Program-made: the position numbers and the translations under genes
The notes under the pieces: model-generated
Seen by the model: the letters and a program-made list of their open reading frames with translations, nothing else
What the model was told of the DNA's origin: nothing
Databases searched by the model: none
In this document: positions 13,524 to 26,400 of the stretch, in pieces
How the letters are laid out: each line of letters starts with the position of its first letter
Numbering within the stretch: position 1 is the first letter of the stretch
NCBI RefSeq assembly: GCF_006345805.1
Contig: NC_043006.1
Coordinates: 36,022,001-36,086,000, forward strand
DNA length: 64,000 nt
Direction of reading: 5' to 3'
From: Octopus sinensis
Taxonomy: Eukaryota

Positions 13524-13549
13524 ATAAATATATATATGTATATATATAA

Positions 13550-13584
<35 letters not shown>

Positions 13585-13590
13585 TATATG

Positions 13591-14421
13591 TGAAAAATCA
13601 AGTCGAGATAGAAAATGCTAAAATAGTTTTATAAAGGACATTTCAGTACCGGTTTCAGCTATTTGAGACCTTTTCAACTGTAACGATTAAATAATTGAAT
13701 TTAGAAAAATTAAAAGAAAAGTTTTTTTAAAAGAATATTTGTATAGTGTTCAAATATAAGTGGCATTTTCCTTATTTCTGCCTTTCTCTGTCTCTCTTGT
13801 TTACACTCGTGGGTTCGAGGTCGTTGTGAATTCTTGGTAGGGAAGAAGAAGAAGGAGGAGGAGAAGGGGGGGGGTAGAATTTGGGAGTGCCTTGATTGTC
13901 GTATTTTGAATGGTCATTGGCGGCTAGCAGTTGCTGTTCAATTCATGAGAATATTTCTATTGAAAGGTTTGTTTATAGAATTTGAGTAGGTGTTATACTA
14001 AAAAAGCATTAGTGATAAAGTTAGGAAGTAGAAGGTGGAGAGAAGAAGAAGAAGAAGAAGAAGAAGAAGAAGAAGAAGAAGAAGAAGAAGAAGAAGAAGA
14101 AGAAGAAGAAGAAGAAGATGAGGATGATAATGATGATGATAATGATGATGATGATGGCGATGACGATGATGATAACGATGATGATGAAGAAGAAGAAGAA
14201 AGAGAAGGGAGAATATGAATGAGAGAAAGGCAGAAACAAGGAAAATGCCACTTATATTTGAACACTATACAAATATTCTTTAAAAAAAAACCTTTGTTTT
14301 AATTTTTCTAAATTTAATTATTTAATCTTTACAGTTGAAAAGGTCTCAAATGACTGAAACCGGTACTGAAATGATCTTTATAAAATTATTTTAGCATTTT
14401 CTATCTCGACTTGTTTTTTCA
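13591..14421. mobile_element. about 830-bp element with about 200-bp terminal inverted repeats (inverted Penelope-like ends); second copy at about 28501-29302
   Basis: 13591-13789 is the reverse complement of 14222-14421. The element is flanked by TA repeats, and each arm has a degenerate hammerhead-like motif. Confidence 0.7.
14040..14200. repeat. (GAA)n/(GAT)n trinucleotide microsatellite
   Basis: Direct reading; source of the poly-E/D and poly-S ORFs. Confidence 0.95.
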
Positions 14422-14473
14422 TATATACCAACTCGTGTGGTCCTTTTCATCCTTATACATACATATATATATG

Positions 14474-14530
<57 letters not shown>

Positions 14531-14739
14531 TCTGGTCATTTATAGCGATGAGTATCACGTTGTTAACATTGGAACCACATTCACAAACAGCAGTAATAAT
14601 GTAATATAAATGGTTTCTCTTCATCCATCATCATCACTATTAATGAATAATAATAAAAATGTAGTTACTCAGAATTTTTTTGATGAAGTGTAGCTCCATT
14701 GGTTTTCGGAATTTTTAATAACAATAATGATAATGGTTT

Positions 14740-15094
14740 CAATTTTTGTCACAAGGGAAGCAACTTTGGGAGAGGGTACTTATTTAATCGACCTTGAAAG
14801 TATGAAAGGTAAAATCGACTCAGACGGAATTTGAACTCAGAACGTAGTGGCAGACGAAATACCTATTTCTTTACTACACACAAGGGGCTAAACACAGAGA
14901 GGACAAACAAGGACAGACAAACGGATTAAGTCGATTATATCGACCCCAGTGCGTAACTGGTACTTAATTTATCGACCCCGAAAGGATGAGAGGCAAAGTC
15001 GACCTCTGCGGAATTTGAACTCAGAACGTAGCGGCAGACGAAATACGCCTACGCATTTCGCCCGGCGTGCTAACGTTTCTGCCAGCTCGCCTTA
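14740..15094 (-). mobile_element. SINE (family A), partial dimer
   Basis: Reverse complement of the 4943-5317 type; duplicate at 30365-30714. Confidence 0.85.
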
Positions 15095-15127
15095 ATGATA
15101 ATAATAATGATAATGATAATGCTAATG

Positions 15128-15161
<34 letters not shown>

Positions 15162-15179
15162 TAATAATAATAATAGTTA

Positions 15180-15636
15180 TAAATGCCCTGATGCAGTACC
15201 AGGCAATGGCTCTCATGGCTTCTAATCTTAACCGATTGGAAATGTTATCACGAATCTTGGTTTGTCTTGGTATAAAAGAGGGGCTACAGCAAATATTCTG
15301 CTCAATACCACAGATTTGCTTGTCAGTTGTTTGTCCTTAGCCTTTTGAGCACGTGGCTGACGATATATGCATCTCTGATTACGAACAGAAGTGGCCATGT
15401 GTTGAGAGGAATTCTTTGGGATTTGGATAATTCACCTTTGGAAACGTGGGTATTTTGTTTATCATCCTTAAACAAACCTTATTCAGGGACCTTGTGAGAG
15501 GGATGGGCTACTCGACCTGAAGGGAATTCTATCTGATAAGGCCGGTCTATGGGATTATCCTGGGTTCCACGTTAATAAAGCGCTTAGCTTTACAGCGTAT
15601 CATCAGACACCAAAACCTGTTAGGGACATGGCCTCT
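15180..15636 (-). mobile_element. probable 3' end of a non-LTR retroelement with a (TTA)n tail; duplicate at 30820-31291
   Basis: Minus strand ends ...GGTACTGCATCAGGGCATTTA directly into a TTA repeat; no ORF recognised. Confidence 0.45.
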
Positions 15637-15744
15637 ATCACCGGAACTGTAAAAATCTGGTAAACTTCCCAGGAATTTATCATTTACATATATAAGAGCA
15701 TGTCTGGATATGTAACTATATCCATGAGAATACATACATAAAAA

Positions 15745-16020
15745 TACAAATCAGCACATACATACATGCATACATGCAAATATACATACATACATACATA
15801 CATACATACATACATACATACATACATACATACATACATACATACGTACGTACGTACATACATACATACATACATACATACATACATACATACATACATA
15901 CATACATACATACGTACGTACATACATACATACATACATACATACATACGTACGTACGTACATACATACATACATACATACATACATACATACATACATA
16001 CATACATACATACGTACATG
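15745..16020. repeat. (CATA)n microsatellite with CGTA interruptions
   Basis: Direct reading. Confidence 0.95.
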
Positions 16021-17659
16021 CATTCATACAAACAAAAATACCCTGTTGTTGATGTTGAAATTCTAATGAAGGAATCTTGGATGTAGGTTAGAAACCGGTT
16101 CTTTCTCTATTGGCAGAAATCTAGAAATAAACTGAATAATGACATACATACATACAAAAACATCCCGTTGATGTTGAAATTCCAATGAAGGAGCCTTGGA
16201 TCTGGGTTAGAAATCGGGTCAGCAGCAGTGGCGGTGCCAACGATGGCAATAACACAACAACAACAACAACAACAACTACCACAATGGTAACACCGTAGGT
16301 GACTGCATGTGGATAAAACCCCATAATTAGGGAATGGAGAAGGTAAAATCCAGGCTACATATGTTTCATAGCTAGCAAAATCTCGGAAGTAGTAATTACT
16401 CAAAGCAAGGGTAATCCGCTAGCTACTCGTCGGGCCCAAGATACCTTAGTCAAATGAAGGTTACTTTGTCGTCAGGGGGTCCCATATTAACTCGTAGATT
16501 TGATGGTAAATGTGTGGAAAGTACAAAGTCGGAGAAGGAAAGGGAAAACGTATTTGAAGAAATGATATGTGGGAGTAGTAAAAGTGGGAGTGTGTAAAAA
16601 TCTGATTTGTTAAAGGAAAGAATATATATATATATATATGTATGTGGGTGTGTCTGTGTATGTGTGTGTGTGTACAATGTACTGCGCAAACATACACAAA
16701 CGCGCGCGCGCGCGCTTAAATATATCGTCACACCTCAATTTCATTATTCAGTTCGACATCGTAACTTCTGAATAGATTGGTCGCACGAGAAAAAAGGTAA
16801 GAAAGTAATATTTCTCAAATTTTTATACTTAATTCGTTGTTTTAAGAAATCATTGAAGACTAGCGGGACCCGTGAATATTTCACAGTAATAATGGTAAAC
16901 CCATTGCGTTATTTCTGAAAAGTTTATCCAAAGAACCTGAAAGCATAGCCTGTGTTGCGTCTGTATGGAAAGATAGTTGCTCATCTGCCACTCTTTGAAA
17001 TGTGTAAGAAATTGGAATACGATGATTACTTAATGCACTCTAAGTACTTTATGCACAATTTTATAGACTTGATACACAGAACTCAGAGAATAAATATTCA
17101 TTCTTATATTTCCATTTTCTCTATAAGCAAAAACGAAAAAACATGTATCTCTCACATGTGATAGAGCTTTTAGATAAATTGCTCATTTTTGCCACGTAAA
17201 TGAACTTGAATATTTCAACGAATTGCACCTAAACACATAAGTTTTGCAATAGGTAATACAAAAAGCTTAGTTCAATATAAAAAGAAAACACACTTCATTA
17301 TCCATGAACTCTCTCTTTCTTTATCTCGTCCTCTATTCTTTCTCCGCCTTTTTCTTTGATCACCTGAAAGCTCTACCGACAGGAAGCAGAATTACTACGA
17401 TACTTTTCGGAGTCAATGTAGACAGAATTACTTTTCGTAGGTATCGTCGTAGTATACAGTGATAAGAAGGCTAAACTTGCTGTACTTAGTTTAGATGACA
17501 ATCTTTTGCTTTAAGAGACGTATCCAAACTTTCCATCAGCTAACTCTTCAATTTCAGTAACGTACAAGAGACGGATTTGACGATTTGTCTTCCATTTTAA
17601 CTTCTTTGTTTAACTGACCTACCGAACTTGAAGGGCCGCAGATACCTTAATTTCCATAC

Positions 17660-17663
17660 TGTA

Positions 17664-17699
<36 letters not shown>

Positions 17700-17980
17700 G
17701 GAGCAGCCGTAGTAGTAGTAGCAGTAGCAGCAATAGTAGTAGTAGTAGTGACGGCGGTAGCGGTAGAAGAAGTGTTGGAAGTGGTTGTCGTATTGGTTGT
17801 AGTGATGATGGAGATTATCCTGCGGTGGTTGTGGTTGTGGTGGAGCTGGTGGTGGTGTTGGTTGTGGTGAATGTGGTGGTGGTCAAGGTGATGGTCGTAG
17901 TACTGGTCGAAGTAGTAGTAGTAATCGTAGCATTGGTGATGGCATTTGTGATGGTGGTTTTGATGGTAGTGGTAGTATAG
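17660..17980. repeat. low-complexity (TAG)n/(GTG)n tract
   Basis: Direct reading; source of the poly-V and poly-T ORFs. Confidence 0.9.
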
Positions 17981-18479
17981 ACGTAGCTAAGCTCTGATCG
18001 AGATCTCTGCAGTAAAAGTTGCCAAATCGGTGACAGTCCGTCCTTTGTATTCGATCCTAGTATACCAAGGTTTACAATATATTCAATGTGCCCCACCTTG
18101 TTTAAAGTGTTAGGGTGTGAGATGAGGGTGTGTTTTGTCTATTATTCCTTGCATACAACAAGGGAAAGAATCGAGATACAAAAGTTTGTTTGGCTTTACA
18201 CATACATAGGAACATAACTAGATGTTCACAAACATAAACGGTGAGAATGGAGGCGTGCGAAGAAAGGAAAGATTAAAACTAGAAAAGCATTAAAACGTCT
18301 GATGTCAAATAATCAAGCGTCGAATCAACGGCACCAAACAGGCGGCGCCAAAACGGCTGTGCCAAAGTGTCTTATGCCCGTTATGCACATCTTAATGTTA
18401 GGAAAACAAGATGCTACGAAAATTCTTTTAATGTCAAAAGGAAAAACTAATGGAAGAGTCAACGTAATCTTATATAGTT

Positions 18480-18684
18480 TACTTGTTTTACTCATTGGAC
18501 CGCGACCATGATCGCCTTTAAATGTTTAATGAACGAAATAGATCCTGGCAGTATTCTATCGAACTCTTTCTGCCGGACCAAAACGTTACGTAGACGTAAA
18601 TGTAAACAAACCAGCACCAATTGTCCAGTTGTGGTGGGGAGACAAACATTGTGCAAGTGCAAAGAGTCATATACGTATATATAC

Positions 18685-18751
<67 letters not shown>

Positions 18752-18900
18752 ACGGATTTCTTTCAATTTCCGTCTACTAAATGCACTTACAGAGCTTTGG
18801 TCGACCCATCGCCATAGCAGATGACATTTGCCCAAGGTGCCATATTGTGGGAATGAACCCAAAACAACATGGCCTGTAAGCAAGCTTCTTAACCACACAC
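18480..18900 (-). mobile_element. degenerate SINE (family B) with an internal (TA)n expansion
   Basis: Homologous to 13081-13483 by eye. Confidence 0.65.
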
Positions 18901-19022
18901 CCACACAATACTTTTGATACTATTTGCAATTTTACAGCTATCATGTGGCTTATATGAACCTGTTACTAGACACAAACACGCACACTCGTACGCACACTCG
19001 TACGCACACACACACACACACA

Positions 19023-19067
<45 letters not shown>

Positions 19068-19147
19068 TGCTATTGTCCTGGTGGGGGGTGAGATTAGTGT
19101 GGTAATTAGTGTGGTTATTAGTAATAGAGAGAAACGAAATCAATGTT

Positions 19148-19922
19148 ACAGTTTGAATATATCATTTCAGACATGTCACCCGTCGAGCATGTACAACTAT
19201 GTTTTGTACGGGGTACGGGAGAGAGAGAGAGAGAGAGAAGGTGTGTGTGCTTGTTTGTATGTGTGTGTATCATAAAGGATTACGTCTGAGATTGAATTGC
19301 TTGTTACATGATCCACTTTATTGGAATTTTTCAAACGAAGGCAGCATGGTGGAATTCATAATAAATCGGATGGGGTGAATGACCTCCAAGGTTGGGACGG
19401 GAGAATATCCCTTTATTCCTTTATTATTTTTTTGGTTTCAGTCATTTGGCTGCACCCATGCTGGAGCACCACATTTAGTCGAACAAATCGGCCCCAGGAC
19501 TTTGTAAGCTTAACACTTATTCTATCGATTTCATAGGCCGAATCGCTAAGTTACGCGGGCGTAAACTCACCAGCATCGATTGTCAAGCGATGGTGAGGGG
19601 ACAAATACAGATACACAAACACACACACACATATGACTGAACCTAGAACCATGTGGTTGGGAAGTTACATACCACACAGACACGCCTGTGCCTATACAAA
19701 AGATAAAAGTTTTATATCGAAGTGAAATGAATGGGTTGGAGGTAAGGGAGACGTGATAAGTTGAAGGTAAGAAAATTGCTGTCTCGCACTTCAGTCGATT
19801 TAAGGTTTATTAATAATAAAAAAAATTATATATGCATGAATTTATAGACAAACACAGTTTGAATATATCATTTCATACATGTCACCCGTCGAGCAGGTAC
19901 AACTATGTTTTGTACGGGGTAC

Positions 19923-20008
<86 letters not shown>

Positions 20009-20644
20009 GAGTGAGAGACGGTGTGTGTGCTTGTTTGTATGTGTGTGTATCATAAAAGATTACGTCTGAGATTGAATTGCTTGTTACATGATCCACTTTT
20101 TCAAACAAAGGCAGCATGGTGGAATTCATAATAAATCGGATGGGGTGAATGACCTCCAAGGTTGGGACGGGAGAATATCCCTTTATTCCTTTATTTTTTT
20201 TATTCGTTTCAGTCATTTGGCTGCACCCATACTGGAGCACCACATTTAGTCGAACAAATCAGCCCCAGGACTTTGTAAGCTTAACACTTATTCTATCGAT
20301 TTCATAGGCCAAATCGCTAAGTTACGCGGGCGTAAACTCACCAGCATCGATTGTCAAGCGATGGTGAGGGGACAAACACAGATACACAAACACACACACC
20401 TCCCCACACATACACACATATGACTGAACCCAGAACCATGTGGTTGGGAAGTTACATACCACACAGCCACGCCTGTGCCTATACAAAATATAAAAGTTTT
20501 ATATCGAAGTGAAATGAATGGGTTGGAGGTAAGGGAGACGTGATAAGTTGAAGGTAAGAAAATTGCTGTCTCGCACTTCAGTCGAATCAAGGTTTATTAA
20601 TAATAAAAAAAATTATATATGCATGAATTTATAGACAAACACAG
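19148..20644 (+). repeat. tandem duplication of a 700-790 bp unit (19148-19853 and 19854-20644), each with a (GA)n tract and a family B SINE
   Basis: ACAGTTTGAATATATCATTTCA starts both units, and downstream blocks are colinear. Confidence 0.9.
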
Positions 20645-20659
20645 AGATAAAATTATATA

Positions 20660-22570
20660 TGCAAACTCAACGAATATTTTGTATGATTAAAAAATTTCCC
20701 AAAATAACGATTCCCATATCAAGTAAATTATATCAAAAGATCTTATAAATTGTCAAAAGATATTATTTATAAAATATAAACCCTTTAAATTATCTTATAG
20801 ATTATCAAAAGACATTATTTATAAATTATAAACCCTGAGAAAGTATATGAAAGGATATACAAATGAGTTTAATGGAAAAATGTTATAAACTGAAAAAAAA
20901 AACGTTTATAAGCTATAGAAGCTACACAAATGTATAAGAGGGTATATAAATACATAGAAGTTTAATAATATAAGATATAAGAAATATAGAAATTTCATAA
21001 AAATTTTATAAAAATGAAATAAAAACTTTATAAAAATTTTATAAAATATTTCTTTACAGAATGATACAAAAGGTATAAGAGAGATATAAATAAGGATAGA
21101 TTAAAATAAAATAAAATAAGGATTATTTTATGAACTGTAATATAAATCATATTGGTATATCGAATAGAATTCTTAGACATGTTATTATTATTAATACAAT
21201 ATAAAGTTAAAATATATGTTTCAAATATTAACGGAAATGACAAAAAAGTAGCTTTGGAAACGGGTTTATAAAATATTTCTAAAATACATCAAAGACACTG
21301 ATCTAGGTAGAATAATAACAGATCTTAGGGAGTATACCTTATACTCAGGGGAGGTGCGATAGTTAGTAATCTACTGTAAAGTTTATACTGACTATGAGGG
21401 AAGAGAATCCCAATACTGAAGTGATCAATATATAATTTAATTATTGCAGGTATATATATCAAAGGGGATAAAGGTTATTAGAAAGCAATGTTGAATAGAT
21501 TTTGAGATAATAGAGTGTACGCTATGATTGATATGATATCCCGGAAAACTCATGCTACCAAAATGCCACCAAATCCTTATTATTACCTGTTTCCAATGTA
21601 CTTCAAACTACGGGTAATCTCATTAACACATCATGCTCTAAGGTAGTTTTATTTTTCATTTCCAGAGGTATCTCTACTTTTCATTTCCAAAGGTGTCCTT
21701 ATTTTTATTATTCCCAAAGGTCTCCTTATTTTTTTATTTCCAAATGTATCTTTATTTTTTATTTTCCTTGATATTTCATACATATGATTTTATATTGCAT
21801 TAATAATAATAACATGTCTGAGATTTTTTTCGATATACCAGTATGATTTTATAATTTATAAAATTTGTATCATTCAGTTAAGAAATATTTTATAAAATTT
21901 ATATAAAATTATCATAAAATCTCTCTATTTTCTATATTCTGTATTATTAATTTTTATCTATTTATATACCCTCTTTATATACCCGGTTTTAGATGAGGAC
22001 GGTTGTGCAAAGAACAAATCTTCACGTTTCTCAACATTATGGGACAAAGCCCGGAGTATAAGCAACGGCAATCAATCATTTTCATTGGTTTTGTCAAGGC
22101 ATTCGACAGCGTACACCGGAGTCAGTTGGGGTGCATCGCTCATGACTTCGGCATTCCCGAGCGTTTCGTCGACGCTTTGTCTCGAGTCTAGGTGCTGCGT
22201 TCGAACGGAGACGGGCTACACCGACTGCTTTGCCATTGAGACCGCTGTACGGCAAGGGTGCATTCTATCTCCTCTAATATTTCTTAAGGCGATCGACTTA
22301 AACTCATAAAACTCACTGTATAATACAATATTATATTTTTTATGTGTAATTACACATTGTTATGTATATTATTTTATTTTGTAATTACACATGTTTTATA
22401 ATTTATATTTGATATTTTTATATATTTGTATATCGTTTCATATACTTTATTAGTGCATATAATTTATAAATGATTTTTATTTTGACAATATATAAGGTCT
22501 TTTTATTTAATTTACTGGATACGGGAATTGTTATTTTAGTAAATATTTTAATCATACAAAATATTCCGTG
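20660..22570 (+). mobile_element. AT-rich foldback-like element, copy B (long inverted arms, non-coding core, deleted RTE insert)
   Basis: 20660-20900 is inverted relative to 22300-22570, and 20930-21230 relative to 21780-21975. About 25-bp subrepeats at 21655-21770. Confidence 0.6.
21975..22290 (+). mobile_element. RTE reverse transcriptase fragment (inverted copy of 24670-24995)
   Basis: Reads FIGFVKAFDSVHR and ETAVRQGCILSPLIF; near-identical to the minus-strand ORF 24612-24974. Confidence 0.85.
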
Positions 22571-23044
22571 TTTATATGCCAAAACAGGCTAGGGTTTGAT
22601 TATGATCTTCTAAACACTATCCTTAGGAATGAATTGACAGATGTACAATTCATTACGGCCGTTTCAAACGGCTCCTTTAATTGATTAATGAAAACACATC
22701 AATTTTCAAACATAAGGATATAGCCATTTAAAAAAAACATATTTACATTAATAATGAAATTGATATTATTTACATCGTTTCTTTTGTCATATCTATGGCA
22801 GAATGTATTTAGAAAATAATCCATATCACGCCAAGCTTACTATAATATAAAGAGTAGCAGAGGAAATAGTAGGACTCAGGATAAAAAGAGTGGTGAACTA
22901 GTTATTTATATTTCGAAGACTTTATATAGAATTTAGTCTTCAAACATTTAGAATAAATTCCATTGAGTGCTGACGACTGTAATCTTATTGATGGTGATAA
23001 ATCAATTAATGCCAGTCAATCTACAGGACTCTCTATTACTCTAG

Positions 23045-23613
23045 GCACAAGACCCGAAATTTTGAGGGAGGAGGCCAGTCGATTAGATCGACCCCAGTAC
23101 GCAACTGGTACTCATTTAATCGACCCCGTAAGGATGAAAGGCAAAGACGACCTCGGCGGAATTTGAACTCAGAACGTAAAGACAGACGAAATACTTGTTT
23201 CTTTATTACCCACAAGGGGCTAAACACAGAGAGGACAAACAAGGACAGACAAACGGATTAAGTCGATTATATCGACCCCAGTGCGTAACTGGTACTTATT
23301 TAATCGACCCCGTAAGAATGAAAGGCAAAGACGACCTCTGCGGAATTTGAACCCAGAACGTAAAGACCGACGAAATACCTGTTTCTTTACTACCCACAAG
23401 GGGCAAAACACAGAGAGGACAAACAAGGACAGACAAACGGATTAAGTCGATTATATCGACCCCAGTGCGTAACTGGTACTTATTTAATCGACCTCGAAAG
23501 GATGAAATGCAAAGTCGACCTCGGCGGAATTTGAACTCAGAACGTAAAGGCAGACGAAATACGGCTACGCATTTCGCCCGGCGTGCTAACGTTTCTGCCA
23601 GCTCGCCGCCATA
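23045..23613 (-). mobile_element. SINE (family A) head-to-tail trimer, period about 184 bp
   Basis: CGATTATATCGACCCC recurs at 23264 and 23448; the tRNA head is present only on the first unit. Confidence 0.85.
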
Positions 23614-23689
23614 ATCTACAAGACTCTCATTGTACTGAAGCCATATATCTAACTTTAGCTACACAAAAGTGTAGGTTGTAGGGTTAGTA

Positions 23690-26400
23690 GTATTATACAG
23701 TGAGTTTTATGAGTTTAATGAAAAGAAATTATAAACTGCAAAACCCTTTATAAGCTATAGAAGCTACACAAATGTATAAGAGTGTCTATTCTTAGTCTTA
23801 GGTCCTACTGCTCTATGTGACACATTGGGCAGCAAGGCTTCTCCGACGTGGTCGGTCCGCCGCGGCGATTTCAGCTTCATCCCATGAATTGTCAATGGCT
23901 TTGAGGTTGTCGATGAACGTGTGGCACCTAGTCGCTTTCGGTCACCCTTGTTTTCTCTTGCCAAGTGGTGGCTTCCACAGAATAGTGGCTTCCGCATGCC
24001 GCGACGATGGCAATCGGAGGACATTGCCTGTGAATCGCAAGCGGCGCTCAGAGACAACGTCATGGAGTGGACGTGTATCAGTTTGGCGATGTATCTCGTC
24101 GTTGGTGATGTGGTCTTGGTATAATATTTGCAGTATCTGCCGGGGGCGTCGTAGCTGAGGTACATTGAGCCTTCGCGCGATCCTTGCCGCTGTCTTCCGC
24201 GTTTCCACCGCATATATTGCCCATGGTGTGACGATGCTGTTGAAGAGGCGCACTTTGACCTTAGTGGAGATCACTCTGCCTGCCCAGATGGGTTTGAGTC
24301 TTTAAAGGATAGCTGTGGCCTTCCCAATCCGGCAGCCAACGTCACGTTCGGCGTCTCCGTCGTTGACCACGATGCTGCCCAAATAGGTGAACTCTTCAAC
24401 TTCCTCGATTTGGTGTTATTCAATCATCAAGGGGACGCTATTGTTGTTCCCATCGTTATATTCAATCCTCATTATTTTCATCTTGTTTGTACTTATGAGG
24501 AGTCCGATCTTGGCCGCTTACCGTTCCAATCTCTGTCATTGTGCGAATGACAGTCTTCGTCGCTCCAAGAAGCACGATGTCATCGGCGAAATCGAGGTTA
24601 GTCAGGCGTCCCTACCTACACCACGGAATCCCAAATCCGCGTTGGTGCATCGCCCCGCACATGACGAAGTCGATCGCCATAAGAAATATTAGAGGGGATA
24701 GAATGCACCCTTGCCTTACAGCGGTCTCAATGTCAAAGCAGTCGGTGTAGCCGGTCTCCGTTCGAACGCAGCACCTAGACGCGAGAGAAAGGCTCCGAAA
24801 GGCGTCGAAGAAATGCTCGGGAATGTCGAAGTCATGAGCTATGTACCCCAACGTACTCCGGTGTACGCTGTCGAATGCCTTGACAAAACCAATGAAAATG
24901 ATTGATTGCCGTTGCTTATACTCCGGGCTTTGTCCGATAATGTTGAGAAACGTGAAGATTTGTTCATTGCACAACCGTCAACAACCGGGTATATAAATAG
25001 ATAATAATTTAACAATACAGAATATGAAAAAATAGAGAGATTTTATAATAATTTTATAATAATTTTATAAAAATGTTATGAAATATTTCTTTACAGAATG
25101 ATACAAAATGTATAACTGAGGTATAAATAAGGATAAATTAAATTAAAATAAAATAAAGATTATTTTATAATTTATAAATTCATACAGGTATATGGAAAAA
25201 AGATCTTAGAAATGTTATTATTAATGCAATATAAAATAAAAATATTTGTATGAAATATCAAGGAAAATAAAAAATTAAGATACCTTTGGAAATAAAAAAA
25301 TAAGGACATGTTTGGAAATAAAAAGTAGAGATACCTTTGGAAATGAAAAATAAAGCTACCTTAGAGTATCATGTATTTATGAGATTACCCGTAGATTGAA
25401 ATACATTAGAAACAGGTAATAATAAGGATTTGGAAGCATTTTGGTAGCATGAGTTTTCCGGGATATCATATCAATCATAGCGTACCCTCTATTATCTCGA
25501 AATCTATTCAACATTGCTTTCTAATAACCTTTATCCCCTTTGATATATATACCTGCAATAATTAAATTATATATTGATCACTTCAGTATTGGGATTCTCT
25601 TCCCTCATAGTCAGTATAAACTTTACAGTAGATTACTAACTGTCGCACCTCCCCTGAGTATAAGGTATACTCCCTAAGATCTGTTATTATTCTACCTAGA
25701 TCAGTGTCTTTGGTGTGTTTTAGAAATATTTTATAAACCCGTTTCCAAAGCTACCTTTTTTTCATTTCCGTTAATATTTGAAACATATATTTTATCTTTA
25801 TATTGTATTAATAATGATAACATGTCTAAGAATTCTATTCGATATACCAATATGATTTATATTATAATTCCTAAAGTAATCCTTATTTTATTTTATTTTA
25901 TCTTAATCTATCCTTATTTATATCTCTCTTATACCTTTTGTATCATTCTGTAAAGAAATATTTTATAAAATTTTTATAAAGTTTTATTTCATTTTTATAA
26001 AATGTTTATGAAATTTCTATATTTCTTATATCTTATATTATTAAACTTCTATGTATTTATATACCCTCTTATACATTTGTGTAGCTTCTATAGCTTATAA
26101 ATAGTTTTTTTCAGTTTATAACATTTTCCCATTAAACTCATAAAACTCACTACATACAATATTATATTTTTTATATTGTAATTACACATGTTTTATATTT
26201 TATTTTATATTGTCATTACACGTCTTATAAATTTTTAATATTTATATTTGATATTTGTATACATTTGTATATCCTTTCATATACTTTCTCAGGGTTTATA
26301 ATTTATAAATAATGTCTTTTGGCAATTTATAAGATCTTTTGATATGGGAATCGTTATTTTGGGTAATTTTTTAATCATACAAAGTATACATTAAGTGTGC
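23690..26400 (-). mobile_element. AT-rich foldback-like element, copy A, with an RTE fragment inserted in one arm
   Basis: 24995-26400 is the reverse complement of 20660-21975. The RTE piece splits the arm sequence ATATACCC|TCTTATACA. Confidence 0.6.
23790..24995 (-). mobile_element. decayed 3' half of an RTE-clade LINE (RT and C-terminus)
   Basis: Contains KAFDSVHR, RQGCILSPLIF and KVKVRLFNSIV...RRLRFTGNVLR; the 3' end is GGACCTAAGACTAAG. Confidence 0.85.

Larger units (their letters stand above)
11448..15636 (+). repeat. direct duplication, copy 1 (copy 2 is 25885-31291)
   Basis: The ORF track shows identical proteins at a constant offset of 14437 (12295/26732, 12404/26841, 12514/26951). 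Homology ends at GGGACATGGCCTCT in both copies. Confidence 0.95.

Noticed and set aside
13982-14218. Acidic poly-E/D ORF (and its duplicate at 28921-29106)
   Set aside because: It is a (GAA)n/(GAT)n tract inside a repeat, and the reading frame differs between the two copies.
16752-16796. AG...GTAAGA-bounded 45-nt exon candidate
   Set aside because: Stops in all three frames and nothing to connect it to.
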